51,008 bases of DNA from NCBI GenBank assembly GCA_031413415.1, contig JANOET010000037.1, positions 1 to 51,008 of the forward strand, given 5' to 3'. This DNA is from Acidimicrobiaceae bacterium. GTDB taxonomy: Bacteria > Actinomycetota > Acidimicrobiia > Acidimicrobiales > Ilumatobacteraceae. The translations under genes were made by a program, and so were the position numbers. The number at the start of each line of letters is the position of its first letter. Positions within the stretch are counted from its first letter, which is position 1. The notes below the pieces were generated by a model. It was not told where the DNA came from and did not search any database. It saw only the letters and a program-made list of their open reading frames with translations. Shown here piece after piece: positions 30,826-40,149 of this stretch.

Positions 30826-32422
30826 CGAGCACCTCCTCGCGGTCGGCGACCGCGATGATCGCCGAGGTGAGCGCGAACAGCACGACGGCGAGCGCGAACG
30901 CCTGTGCACGGGGCACGTCGCCCGTGCGACCGAGGAGGTGGTCGATGGCGATCGGCATGCTGTCGCGCCCTGCACGGGTGAGGAACGTGGTCGCGCCGAA
31001 CTCGCCGAGCGAGATGGCTGCCGCGAACCCAGCGCCGGCCGCGAGTGGACGCCACGTACGGCGCACCTCGACCTCGTACCAGGCGCGCAGCGGCGATGCT
31101 CCCAGGGTGGTCGCTGCAGCACGTTGGTCGGCGGGGATGGCGCGCAGCACCGGCACCACACTGCGCACGACGAATGGAATGGCGACCAGAGCGTGACCGA
31201 GCGGTACCAGCCACCACTCGGCGCGCCAGTCGACGGGGTCGGTGTCGAACGTGATGAGCATGCCGAGACCGATGGTGACCGCCGACGTGCCGAGCGGCAG
31301 CATCAGACCGACGTCGAGCAGTCGACCATGGCGACGAGCGGCGCCGATGGCCAACGCGGCGAGGCCACCCACGACGGCGCTGATCACCATGGCGACCATG
31401 GCGTAGCGCAGGGAGACCAGCAGCGACGCGAGCGGGTCGACACCGAGGCTGATGCCCGGGCGGATCTCGTCGGCGCCGAGTGTTCGCCACGCGGTGAGCG
31501 ACCAGCGGTCACCCGGTCGGAACGAGCGGGCGACCATCGCCCCGATGGGGGCCAGCATCGCGGCGAGCGTGAACACCACGACGGCCGGGACCCATCGACG
31601 CTCTGATCGCGACCGGGCTCGCCGTTGCGTCCGTCCACCGGCGAACGCGGTGGCGGCGCGACGTTGCCATCGGGCGCTCCACCACACCACTGCACCAAGT
31701 ACGACCACCTGCAGCACCGACAGCACGGCGGCGCCGTCGATGTCGCCGAGCGTGGTGGCCCTGCGCGCGATCTCGACCTCGAGCGTCGTGTTGGCGGGCC
31801 CACCCAGGAGCTTCACCACACCGAACGAGGTGAACGTGAACAGGAACACCACGCTCGCCGCTGCCCACAGCGCGGGTCGCATCAGCGGCAGCACGACGTG
31901 GCGCAGCACCTGCACGGGCGACGCGCCGAGCGTGCGCGCCGCCGCGGTCAGGTCGGTCGGGATGACGGCCCACATCGCACCGACCAGTCGGACCATCACC
32001 GCCACGTTGAAGAACACGTGCGCGATGACGACCGCGAACGCCGTGTCGTGCAGTCGGTCGGGGAGCAACGCCAGAAAGGCCGCGCCGACGACGACCGTCG
32101 GGAGCATGAACGGGACCGTCACGATCGCCAGCGTCAGCCGCCGACCAGGGAAGCGGTAGCGGGCCAAGACGTACGCGGGAGCGAAGCCGATGGCGAGCGT
32201 GGCCGCGGTGCTGACGAGTGCCTGCCAGGCCGTGAACCACAACACGCGGCCCAGACCGGGTGACCCCAGTACGTCGCTGACCGACGCCGGTCGCAGGACG
32301 CGCGCGAGCAACGTGCCGAGTGGCCAGGCGTAGAACAGCAGCAGCCCCGCCAGCGGGAGTGCGGCGAGGGCCGGCACCACCCAGCGAGGCAGCCGTGTCA
32401 GCGCTGCACGATCTCGGCCCAC
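30809..32422 (-). CDS. thiP: two-domain ABC permease (ThiP-like)
   Basis: About 537 aa, two repeated 6-TM permease halves, overlaps thiQ by 17 nt. Start is uncertain (GTG 32422, 32380 or 32377). Confidence 0.75.
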   Translation of the reverse strand: MGRDRAALTRLPRWVVPALAALPLAGLLLFYAWPLGTLLARVLRPASVSDVLGSPGLGRVLWFTAWQALVSTAATLAIGFAPAYVLARYRFPGRRLTLAIVTVPFMLPTVVVGAAFLALLPDRLHDTAFAVVIAHVFFNVAVMVRLVGAMWAVIPTDLTAAARTLGASPVQVLRHVVLPLMRPALWAAASVVFLFTFTSFGVVKLLGGPANTTLEVEIARRATTLGDIDGAAVLSVLQVVVLGAVVWWSARWQRRAATAFAGGRTQRRARSRSERRWVPAVVVFTLAAMLAPIGAMVARSFRPGDRWSLTAWRTLGADEIRPGISLGVDPLASLLVSLRYAMVAMVISAVVGGLAALAIGAARRHGRLLDVGLMLPLGTSAVTIGLGMLITFDTDPVDWRAEWWLVPLGHALVAIPFVVRSVVPVLRAIPADQRAAATTLGASPLRAWYEVEVRRTWRPLAAGAGFAAAISLGEFGATTFLTRAGRDSMPIAIDHLLGRTGDVPRAQAFALAVVLFALTSAIIAVADREEVLDARGS

Positions 32423-33414
32423 TGCTCCTGCCACTGCCGACGGTTGGCGTCGATGCGATCGGACTCCATCGTGAACGGGTCGGTCGGGACCGCTGCGAAC
32501 TTCGTGAACACCTCGGGTAGGACCACGTTCGGGTCCACCGGATACACGAACAGGGTGAGCGGCAACTCCTTCTGGAACGGCTCGCTCGCGAGGAACTGCA
32601 CCAGTTGTGCTGCGGCATCGGGGTGGTCGGTGCCGCGGAGAACGCCCGCGTACTCGAGTTGTCGGAAGCAGGTGGCGTTCGCAACGCCCGTGGGGGCGGT
32701 GTCGACGGGCGGATCGGCGAAGACCACCTCCGCCGGCGGGCTGCTCGCGTAGCTGACGACGAGCGGCTTCGTGCCCGCGGAGCCGCCGGCTCCGGAGAAC
32801 TGCTCGTAGTAGGCGGTCTCCCACGAGTCGACGACCGTCACCCCGTTGGCGGTGAGGTCGGTCCAGTACTGCTGCCACCCGTCGTCGCCGTACTTCGCCA
32901 CGGTGGCGAGCAGGAATGCCAGACCGGGTGACGAGGTGCTGGGATCCTGCACCACGAGCAGGTTCGCATACTCGGGCCTCGTCAGGTCGTCGAGCGTCGA
33001 CGGCGGCTCGATGCCGTTGTCGACGAACCAGTCGATGTCGTAGTTGACACACACGTCGCCGAAGTCGACCTGAGTGGGATCACCTTCGAAGATCTCGCCG
33101 TCCTGCGCCGCGGAGAGCAACGTGTTGTCGACGCCCCACATGACGTCGCCCTCAGGGTTACCCGCCGTGAGGACCGCCTTCGACACCATCGTGCCGGTGT
33201 CGCCCGCGGTGACGACGTCGACTGCGATTCCGGTGTCGGCGGCGAAGGCGTCGAGTGCGTCGTTCAGCGGCGTGCCCTCTTTGGGGAACGAGTCGTACGC
33301 GACCAGGGTGAGGTTCACGGGTCCCGCGGCCGAGCCGCCGTCGCTGCCGCACGAGACCAGCCCGGTCATCGCGACCGCGGTCGCCGTCATGGTCACTGCG
33401 ATCCAGCGGTTCAT
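32398..33414 (-). CDS. thiB: thiamine/TPP ABC transporter substrate-binding lipoprotein (ThiB/TbpA-like)
   Basis: MNRWIAVTMTATAVAMTGLVSCGSD (lipobox), LTLVAYDSFP...VMWGVDNT... The ATG overlaps the thiN stop (ATGA). Confidence 0.75.
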   Translation of the reverse strand: MNRWIAVTMTATAVAMTGLVSCGSDGGSAAGPVNLTLVAYDSFPKEGTPLNDALDAFAADTGIAVDVVTAGDTGTMVSKAVLTAGNPEGDVMWGVDNTLLSAAQDGEIFEGDPTQVDFGDVCVNYDIDWFVDNGIEPPSTLDDLTRPEYANLLVVQDPSTSSPGLAFLLATVAKYGDDGWQQYWTDLTANGVTVVDSWETAYYEQFSGAGGSAGTKPLVVSYASSPPAEVVFADPPVDTAPTGVANATCFRQLEYAGVLRGTDHPDAAAQLVQFLASEPFQKELPLTLFVYPVDPNVVLPEVFTKFAAVPTDPFTMESDRIDANRRQWQEQWAEIVQR

Positions 33415-34055
33415 CCTGGCACCACCACCGTCACCACTCCCTCCGTCGAGCCGATCCTCACGGCGTCCTCGATCGCCACGTTGCTGACGCCTCGAGCTTC
33501 GGTGCCGCCCAGCCGTGCGTCCTCGAGTTCCCACTTGCCTCCGCGCACCGTCGCACCCCTGACGGGCCCATGAAGGGCCAGCACCGAGAACGTTCGGCCG
33601 ACATCGATGTCGAGCACGCGGTTCCGTCGCGGGTGCACCACCACACACGTCGTCGACCCGATGTGCACCGTCAACTCCATGAGTGGTGCGAGCGACGGAT
33701 GCCCCAGCGCGAGCAGTGTGCCGAGCAGGTGGTCGAGCCGGTCGCCCAGCCCCCCCAGCACCGTCACCTCGGCGACGTCGGGCACCTCGAGGGCACAGGC
33801 CAGGGCGAGCTCGGTGTCGGTGACGTCCTTGTCGGGCGACACTTCGCGAATCTCGATGCCGTGCGCGTACGCCCACATTCGGCCACCCGCGCTGATGCTG
33901 TCGAGGTCGCCGACCAGGAGCACCGGGGTGAGCCCCGCGTCGACTGCGTGATCGAGCCCGCTGTCGGCGGCAACGACCACGACGCCGTCGGGCAGCGACG
34001 CGACCGCCCCCGGGTCCAGCGCACCCCCTCCGATGACCACCGCGACGTGCGGCAT
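33411..34055 (-). CDS. thiN: thiamine pyrophosphokinase
   Basis: VVVAADSGLDHA...LLVGDLDSI...SPDKDVTDTELAL...LGGLGDRLDH. ATG 34055 lies 6 nt after GGAGGGAG; the track ORF starts at an upstream TTG. Confidence 0.85.
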   Translation of the reverse strand: MPHVAVVIGGGALDPGAVASLPDGVVVVAADSGLDHAVDAGLTPVLLVGDLDSISAGGRMWAYAHGIEIREVSPDKDVTDTELALACALEVPDVAEVTVLGGLGDRLDHLLGTLLALGHPSLAPLMELTVHIGSTTCVVVHPRRNRVLDIDVGRTFSVLALHGPVRGATVRGGKWELEDARLGGTEARGVSNVAIEDAVRIGSTEGVVTVVVPG

Positions 34056-34062
34056 TCGCAAC

Positions 34063-34142
34063 TCCCTCCGCTGGCATTACCCAGATCAGGTTCTCGGGTC
34101 GGTGGTCTGACCACCCTCTCAGCCCGTCGAGCGAGCTCCCCG
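34063..34142 (-). promoter_or_regulatory. TPP (THI-box) riboswitch
   Basis: The minus-strand RNA reads ggggagcucgcucgacGGGCUGAGAGgguggucagaccaccgACCCgagAACCUGAUCUGGGUAAUGCCAGCGGAGGGAG, matching the CUGAGA and ACCUGAUCUGGAUAAUGCCAGCG cores. Its 3' end contains the thiN SD. Confidence 0.9.
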
Positions 34143-34160
34143 TGTCGGTTTCGGCAGAGC

Positions 34161-35066
34161 CTAGCGGCGGGACTGCACCGTGACCATCGCCACGCCGATG
34201 ATCACCAACGCCATGCCGACGATCTGGATGCCCACCACCGTGCTGCCGAGGAACAGCACCGACCACAGCACCGCGAGTGCCGGCTGCGACACCTGCGAGA
34301 TGCTGATGACTCCGACGGGGACGTGGCTCTGCGCGAAGACCATCAGACCGTGCGCCATCGTGCCGGTGAGTGCGGCGAGGATGACGATGAACACCACCGA
34401 ACGCCACGTCACCTGGGTGAGCGAACCGGGGAACACGAACAGCCCCAGCGGCAGGATGACGACCGTGGCGATCGGCGTGATGGCCGCCATGATCGCTGCC
34501 ACCGAACGTCCCTGGCGCAGGCTGCGGCTCATCAGCAGATACGTGGCCCACAGGCACGTTGCCGAGGCCACCCACGCCACGCCGGCCCAACTGAAGTCGC
34601 CGGTCGGTGGAGCGTTGAACAGCACGAGCGCCAGGCCGACCAACGAAATGAGGCCGTACACGAGCGCTCCGAGACGCAGCCGTTCCTTGAACACGACGGC
34701 GCCGAGCGGCACGACGATGAGCGGCGTGAGCGCGCCGGTGAACTCGGCGCTCGCCACCGTGGTCTTGGTGACGCCGGTGAAGAAGAACGTGATGTTCAGG
34801 CCGAACGCGATGCCGGGCAGCATCGCAGCGCGCAGGTCGTCCCAGTTCAGCCAGCGTTGCTCGCGCACTCGCAGGATGCCGATCCAGATGGCGGTGCACA
34901 GCAGCATGCGCCAGAACGCGACGGCCACGCCGGGGGTCTGGGCGAGCTTCACCAAGGTGCTGCCCGCGCTGAACGACAGGATGGCTGTGCCGAGGGCGAG
35001 GAAGCCGAGGGTTCGCCCTTGGGCGTTGCGCAGTCGTGCGGGCGCCGCGAAGGCGACCCGACTCAC
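34161..35066 (-). CDS. EamA/DMT-family transporter
   Basis: 301 aa, about 10 TM helices in two EamA repeats. The GTG overlaps the CDF gene stop (GTGA). Confidence 0.85.
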   Translation of the reverse strand: MSRVAFAAPARLRNAQGRTLGFLALGTAILSFSAGSTLVKLAQTPGVAVAFWRMLLCTAIWIGILRVREQRWLNWDDLRAAMLPGIAFGLNITFFFTGVTKTTVASAEFTGALTPLIVVPLGAVVFKERLRLGALVYGLISLVGLALVLFNAPPTGDFSWAGVAWVASATCLWATYLLMSRSLRQGRSVAAIMAAITPIATVVILPLGLFVFPGSLTQVTWRSVVFIVILAALTGTMAHGLMVFAQSHVPVGVISISQVSQPALAVLWSVLFLGSTVVGIQIVGMALVIIGVAMVTVQSRR

Positions 35067-35989
35067 TCCGGCGGCTTCCGGCGGATGTCGGGTTCGATGT
35101 AGATGACCTCGCTCAGCGGCACAGCCGCGCGCAGCGCGTGCTCGGTGGCGTCGATCGCCCTGGCGAGTTCCTCGACCGTGAGCGAGTGTTCGTAGTCGAC
35201 CTTCGCAGCGATGAGCAGATTGTCGGGACCGAGGTGCATCGTGCGCAGGTGGATGAGGCCGTTCACCTTGGGCGCCGTGGCGATGGACTGCTCGATGGCC
35301 TCGAGATTCTCGTCGCTCGCGGCTTCACCGATGAGCAGTCCCTTCATCTCGATGGCCAGGACGATGGCGATGACCACGAGCAGAACGCCGATGGCGATGG
35401 AGCCGACCGCGTCCCACCGGGCGTCGCCGGTGAGCTCGGCCATCGTCAGGCCGAACAGCGCCATGAACAGACCGATCTCGGCGCCGACGTCCTCGAGCAG
35501 CACGACCGGCAACTCCGGGGCCTTCGAGGTGCGGATGAAGTTCCACCACGAACGACCGTGTCGGACGTGGTTGGACTCCCTCACGGCCGTACGCAGCGAG
35601 AACGTCTCGAGCAGAATTGCCACGCCGAGGATGGCGTAGGCGATGCCGGCGTTCTCGATCTCGTGCGGGTCGAACAGCTTGTTGATGCCCTCGTAGAGGG
35701 CGAACAGGCCACCCATGCTGAACAGCACGAGCGCCACGACGAAGGACCAGAAGTAGCGCTCGGGGCCGTAGCCGAACGGGTGGGCTCGGTCGGCGGCGCG
35801 CTTGCCGCGCTTGCCGCCCAGCAGGAGCAGAGCCTGGTTGCCGGTGTCGGCCACGCTGTGGCCGGCTTCCGCGAGCAAGCTGGCCGATCCGGTGAGGACG
35901 AAGCCGACGAACTTGGCGATGGCGATGCCGAGGTTCGCGAAGAACGCGGCGATGATTGCTCTGCGGCTGCCATCTTGCACGTGAGCCAC
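35063..35989 (-). CDS. cation diffusion facilitator (CDF) metal efflux transporter
   Basis: 308 aa: SASLLAEAGHSVADTGNQ (TM2 HxxxD), HPFGYGPERYFWS, C-terminal cytoplasmic domain. Confidence 0.9.
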   Translation of the reverse strand: MAHVQDGSRRAIIAAFFANLGIAIAKFVGFVLTGSASLLAEAGHSVADTGNQALLLLGGKRGKRAADRAHPFGYGPERYFWSFVVALVLFSMGGLFALYEGINKLFDPHEIENAGIAYAILGVAILLETFSLRTAVRESNHVRHGRSWWNFIRTSKAPELPVVLLEDVGAEIGLFMALFGLTMAELTGDARWDAVGSIAIGVLLVVIAIVLAIEMKGLLIGEAASDENLEAIEQSIATAPKVNGLIHLRTMHLGPDNLLIAAKVDYEHSLTVEELARAIDATEHALRAAVPLSEVIYIEPDIRRKPPE

Positions 35990-36006
35990 ACTAGGGCCGT
36001 ACGACC

Positions 36007-36852
36007 ATGAGCGGCGACGATGTCGTGGTCAGAATGGCGTCCATGAGCGAACTGGAGCACACAGGAACTTCGCAGGAACTGGTTGGCCGCGTGGTCGTGG
36101 TGACCGGCGGGGGTCGTGGAATCGGGCGCGGGATCAGCGAGTTGTTCGCAGCCCGCGGCGCCACGGTGGCCGTGAACTACCGCAGCGACGCCGATGCTGC
36201 GGCCGACACGGTGCGGGCAATCGTCGATGCGGGCGGCGAGGCCAGGGCGTACCCGGCGTCGGTCGACTCCGTCGACGACTGCGCCGCGCTGGTCGACGCG
36301 GTGGTCGCCGACTTCGGTGGCATCGACGTGCTGGTCTGCAATGCCGGCATTGCGTCGCGGGGCCGTGCGGTGGCCGACACCGACCCGGCCGAGATGGAGC
36401 GGGTCGTGGCCACGCATGCGTTCGGTCCACATCACCTCAGTCGCCTCGCGCTCCCGTCGCTGCGCGAACGGGCGAGGGCGAATGGTCGTGCCGACATCGT
36501 GATGGTCTCGTCGGTGGCCACCAGCCACATGTCCGCCAACGGCGCCCCCTACAACATGGGCAAGGCGGCGATGGAGGCGCTGGCGCTGACGCTGGCGAAG
36601 GAGGAACGGCAGCACCACGTGCACGTGAACGTCGTCGCGCCCGGGCTGGTCGAGACCGACATGGGGGTGCGCCTCAGCCGGGCCATGACCGGCAACCGCG
36701 AACTGCAGGACCTGCGGTCACTCGACGCGATGTCGCCGTTCGGGCGCGTCTGTCAGCCCAGCGACATCGCCAAGGTGGTGCTGTGGTTGGTGGGCGACGG
36801 TGCGGGTTACGTCACCGGTCAGCGCATCGAGGTCGACGGCGGCGGCCGCTGA
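36007..36852 (+). CDS. short-chain dehydrogenase/reductase (SDR)
   Basis: VVVVTGGGRGIGRGI, NAGI, YNMGKAAMEA (YxxxK). The true start is probably an internal ATG (36034/36043), because only 17 bp separate the divergent CDF start. Confidence 0.85.
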   Translation: MSGDDVVVRMASMSELEHTGTSQELVGRVVVVTGGGRGIGRGISELFAARGATVAVNYRSDADAAADTVRAIVDAGGEARAYPASVDSVDDCAALVDAVVADFGGIDVLVCNAGIASRGRAVADTDPAEMERVVATHAFGPHHLSRLALPSLRERARANGRADIVMVSSVATSHMSANGAPYNMGKAAMEALALTLAKEERQHHVHVNVVAPGLVETDMGVRLSRAMTGNRELQDLRSLDAMSPFGRVCQPSDIAKVVLWLVGDGAGYVTGQRIEVDGGGR

Positions 36853-36908
36853 CCAGCGCGAACTTGAGTTCCTGGTGAACGCGCTCAACTCGACTGCGTC
36901 GGAACCGC

Positions 36909-38006
36909 CTACTTGGGGGTCGTCTTGCCGTCGCGAGGAAGCTCGATGAAGGTGCGACCGGGCATCAGTTCGATCTCGTTGCCGTCGTCGTCGGTGAGCG
37001 TGAAGACGTCGGTGCGATCGGCGCGTGCCCAGGTGCCGTGCACGACGCTGCCGCCGGTGAAGACCCACGCCTCGCCCTTGCCGACGCTGACCGCGTCGGG
37101 GCTCCCGGAGATGCCCGGGTTGTACACCATTTCGAGGACGACCACGTTCGTGGTGGTGAGCAGGGTCCCGTCACGATCGTTGTCGGGACGACCGTTCTGG
37201 GTGCGCTCGTACAAACCGGTGGCGGAGTTCCAGGTCCAATCGACCTTGTACGACTCCATCGCCAGGTTCACGCCGGCGGACGGGGTGCCAGGGGTCGTGG
37301 CGTCGACCGACCGGTACGCGAACTGCTGCTGGGGGACGCCCGCATTCTCGAACGTCATCGCGAACACCTTCTCGACATTGAACATCAGCGTGAACTCGAC
37401 CGGCGAGTCGTCGCCCGAGCGATAGCAACTTCCCTTGCACTTGAACTGGCTGAGGTCGACCAGGTCGCTGTTCTGCACTTCGGCGGTGACGGTCTTGTTC
37501 CCGCCGGCCCATGCGAACACGGGCTTGTTCAGCGAGCCGAGCAGGTCGACGTCCTGGCGGCGGCCCGATCGGATGGGCCCCACCTCGGGAGCAGTCTGGC
37601 TGTGGTAGACGAAGGCGAATCGCGACACGTTCGCGTTGATGATCTCCTCGTAGATGATGTCAGCAGCGTTGCTGCCGCGCTGCGGGTGACGGTCGTAGTT
37701 ACCGACCTTCACCACCACGGCCGGACGCTGGGTCTTCGCTTTATCGTCGACCGGAACACCGGTGAGCGGCCAGACCGGCGCGGGCTCCTCGGTCGTCGTG
37801 GTCGCTTCCTCGGTGGTGGTGGGGGCCTCGGTGGTCTCGGGGACGGTCGTCTCGGCCGAGCTCGATGGGGCGCTGGTGGTGTCGGCGCCCTTGCTGTCGC
37901 CACCACCGCAGGCGGCCACGAGCATGCCGGTGGCGAGAAGGAGGGCGGGCAGCGCGCGACGTGCAGTGACGGGGCGCGCCGAACGGGGGGAGTCCGGGAA
38001 TCGCAT
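36909..38006 (-). CDS. DUF3048-family secreted lipoprotein (YerB-like)
   Basis: ALLLATGMLVAACGG lipobox, Thr/Glu-rich linker, WPLTGVPVDD...PAVVVKVGN...IYEEIINANVSRF. Start ATG 38006 preferred over upstream GTG 38030. Confidence 0.75.
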   Translation of the reverse strand: MRFPDSPRSARPVTARRALPALLLATGMLVAACGGGDSKGADTTSAPSSSAETTVPETTEAPTTTEEATTTTEEPAPVWPLTGVPVDDKAKTQRPAVVVKVGNYDRHPQRGSNAADIIYEEIINANVSRFAFVYHSQTAPEVGPIRSGRRQDVDLLGSLNKPVFAWAGGNKTVTAEVQNSDLVDLSQFKCKGSCYRSGDDSPVEFTLMFNVEKVFAMTFENAGVPQQQFAYRSVDATTPGTPSAGVNLAMESYKVDWTWNSATGLYERTQNGRPDNDRDGTLLTTTNVVVLEMVYNPGISGSPDAVSVGKGEAWVFTGGSVVHGTWARADRTDVFTLTDDDGNEIELMPGRTFIELPRDGKTTPK

Positions 38007-38038
38007 GACAGTGATTGTGGCAGCACACACTTAGGAAG

Positions 38039-38071
38039 TGGGGTCACCCCACCCTGACCAGGGGTGACCCC
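38039..38071. promoter_or_regulatory. pair of GGGGT(C/G)ACCCC palindromes centred in the divergent intergenic region (candidate operator)
   Basis: TGGGGTCACCCCA at 38039-38051 and GGGGTGACCCC at 38061-38071. Centres are 21 bp apart. Each outer edge is 33 bp from the flanking start codon (38006 and 38104). Confidence 0.3.
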
Positions 38072-38103
38072 GGTCTCGGCGAGGTCTGCCAGACTGACGA
38101 CCC

Positions 38104-40134
38104 ATGCGCGACCCCCGCTACGACGTGCTCTTCGAGCCGGTTCCGATCGGCCCGAAGGTGGCTCGAAACCGCTTCTTCCAGGTGCCCCACTGCAACGGCA
38201 TGGGCCATCGTCACCCCACCTCGTTGGCCGCGATGCGCGGGGCCAAGGCGGAAGGCGGCTGGGCGGTGGTCTGCACCGAGGAGGTCGAGATCCATCACAC
38301 GAGCGCGCTCGACGGCTCGGTGGAGGGACGGCTGTGGGACGACGCCGACGTGCCTGCGCACCGCCGCATCGTCGACGAGATCCACCGGTACGGCTCGCTC
38401 GCAGGAATCGAACTGGCGCACAGCGGGCTCAATGCAACGGCCACCTATCCGCGGGTGGCCGCGCTCGGTCCGTCGGCTCGGCCGCTCACGTCGGGTGTGC
38501 CCGCGCAGGGTCGAGCGATGTCGCTGGACGACATCGCTCAGCTGCGTGAGTGGCATCGTGCGGCCGTGCGTCGTTCGCTCGAGGCCGGCTACGACCTCGT
38601 GTACGTCTATGCGGCACACGGCCTGACCATCTTCCAGCAGTTCCTCAGTCGGCGGTACAACGACCGCACCGACGACTACGGCGGCTCGCTCGAGCATCGA
38701 GCGAGGCTCTTGCGCGAGGTCATCGAGGACACGCTCGAGTTGTGTGCCGGGCGCGCCGCGGTCGCGGTTCGACTGTGTGTCGACGAACTCATCGGCGACG
38801 ACGGCATCCAGCGCGCCGAGATCGACGAGCTGTTCGGCATGATCGGTGAGCTGCCCGACCTGTGGGACCTGATGGTGGGCGAGTGGGACTTCGACTCCAG
38901 CACCTCACGGTTCGAGCAGGAGGGCTACATCGAGCCGTGGCTCACCGGTTTGAAGGCCCTCACCACCAAGCCCGTCGTCGTGATCGGTCGGTTCACGTCG
39001 CCCGACACGATGGTGCGACTGGTTCGCAGCGGCATCACCGACTTCATCGGAGCGGCGCGCCCGTCCATCGCCGACCCCTTCCTTCCGGTGAAGATCGAGC
39101 AAGGCCGGCCGGAGGACATCCGCGAATGCATCGGATGCAACATCTGTGTCGCTGCCGACTGGATGGTCGTGCCCATTCGGTGCACACAGAACACTGCGAT
39201 GGGTGAGGAGTGGCGGCGCGGCTGGCACGCCGAGCGCATCCGGGAGCGCGAGAGCGAGTCGAAGGTGCTCGTCGTCGGTGGTGGGCCGGCCGGTCTCGAG
39301 GCCGCCCTGTGGCTCGGGCGCCGCGGGTACGAAGTGGTGCTCACCGAAGCGTCACGCCAACTGGGCGGGCGAGTCGCGCGCGAAGCACGATTGCCCGGCC
39401 TGGCCGAATGGGGGCGCGTCGCCGACCACCGGATCGGCCAGCTCGCCCGCCTGGACCACGCGCTGGTCACCCTCGAGAGCCCCATGACGGCCGCCGAGAT
39501 CGTCACCTACGACTTCACCCATGTGGCCGTGGCCACCGGTGCCCGTTGGCGCGACGACGGCATCGGCATCTGGCACCACCGGCCGGTGTTCACCGACGCC
39601 TTCCCGGTCGACGCGCTCCTCGCCGGTCGGCGACCCGAGGGCAAACGGGTGACGCTGTTCGACGACGACCACTACTACCTCGGCGGGGTGCTGGCCGAGA
39701 TGCTGGCTCGCGCCGGTCACGACGTCACGCTGGTCACGCCGGAGTCGAAGGTGTCCAGCTGGACCGTCAACACCTTGGAGCAGGCGCGCATCCATCGTCG
39801 TCTCGTCGAGGCCGGCGTGGTGCTGCACCTGAACGCCGCGGTGCTCGCGCACGCGGATGGTGCTGCCCTGGTGGCCGACTCCTACACGGGGCGCGAACAG
39901 TCGATCGCCAGCGATGCACTGGTCAGCGTCACGGCGCGCGTGCCGAACGACGGCCTCGTGGGCGAGCTCCGCGCCCTCGGGTTCGCGAACGTGCAGGCCA
40001 TCGGTGACGCCTGGAATCCGGGCATCATCGCCGACGCCACGTTCGACGGACGCCGATACGCGGAGGACTTCGACGGGCCGGTGGTCGACCCCGGTGCAAC
40101 CCCGTTCCTGCGTGAGGTTGTGAGGCTTGCCTGA
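38104..40134 (+). CDS. trimethylamine/dimethylamine-dehydrogenase-family flavoprotein (OYE-like FMN domain + 4Fe-4S + ADP-binding domains)
   Basis: 676 aa: RDPRYDVLFEPVPIGPKVARNRFFQVPHCNGMG (Cys at the position of the FMN-linking Cys of TMADH), YNDRTDDYGGSLE, CIGCNICVA...CTQN Fe-S motif, VVGGGPAGLEAA. Substrate is unknown. Confidence 0.8.
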   Translation: MRDPRYDVLFEPVPIGPKVARNRFFQVPHCNGMGHRHPTSLAAMRGAKAEGGWAVVCTEEVEIHHTSALDGSVEGRLWDDADVPAHRRIVDEIHRYGSLAGIELAHSGLNATATYPRVAALGPSARPLTSGVPAQGRAMSLDDIAQLREWHRAAVRRSLEAGYDLVYVYAAHGLTIFQQFLSRRYNDRTDDYGGSLEHRARLLREVIEDTLELCAGRAAVAVRLCVDELIGDDGIQRAEIDELFGMIGELPDLWDLMVGEWDFDSSTSRFEQEGYIEPWLTGLKALTTKPVVVIGRFTSPDTMVRLVRSGITDFIGAARPSIADPFLPVKIEQGRPEDIRECIGCNICVAADWMVVPIRCTQNTAMGEEWRRGWHAERIRERESESKVLVVGGGPAGLEAALWLGRRGYEVVLTEASRQLGGRVAREARLPGLAEWGRVADHRIGQLARLDHALVTLESPMTAAEIVTYDFTHVAVATGARWRDDGIGIWHHRPVFTDAFPVDALLAGRRPEGKRVTLFDDDHYYLGGVLAEMLARAGHDVTLVTPESKVSSWTVNTLEQARIHRRLVEAGVVLHLNAAVLAHADGAALVADSYTGREQSIASDALVSVTARVPNDGLVGELRALGFANVQAIGDAWNPGIIADATFDGRRYAEDFDGPVVDPGATPFLREVVRLA

Positions 40135-40149
40135 CATAGCCTGGGCGAC

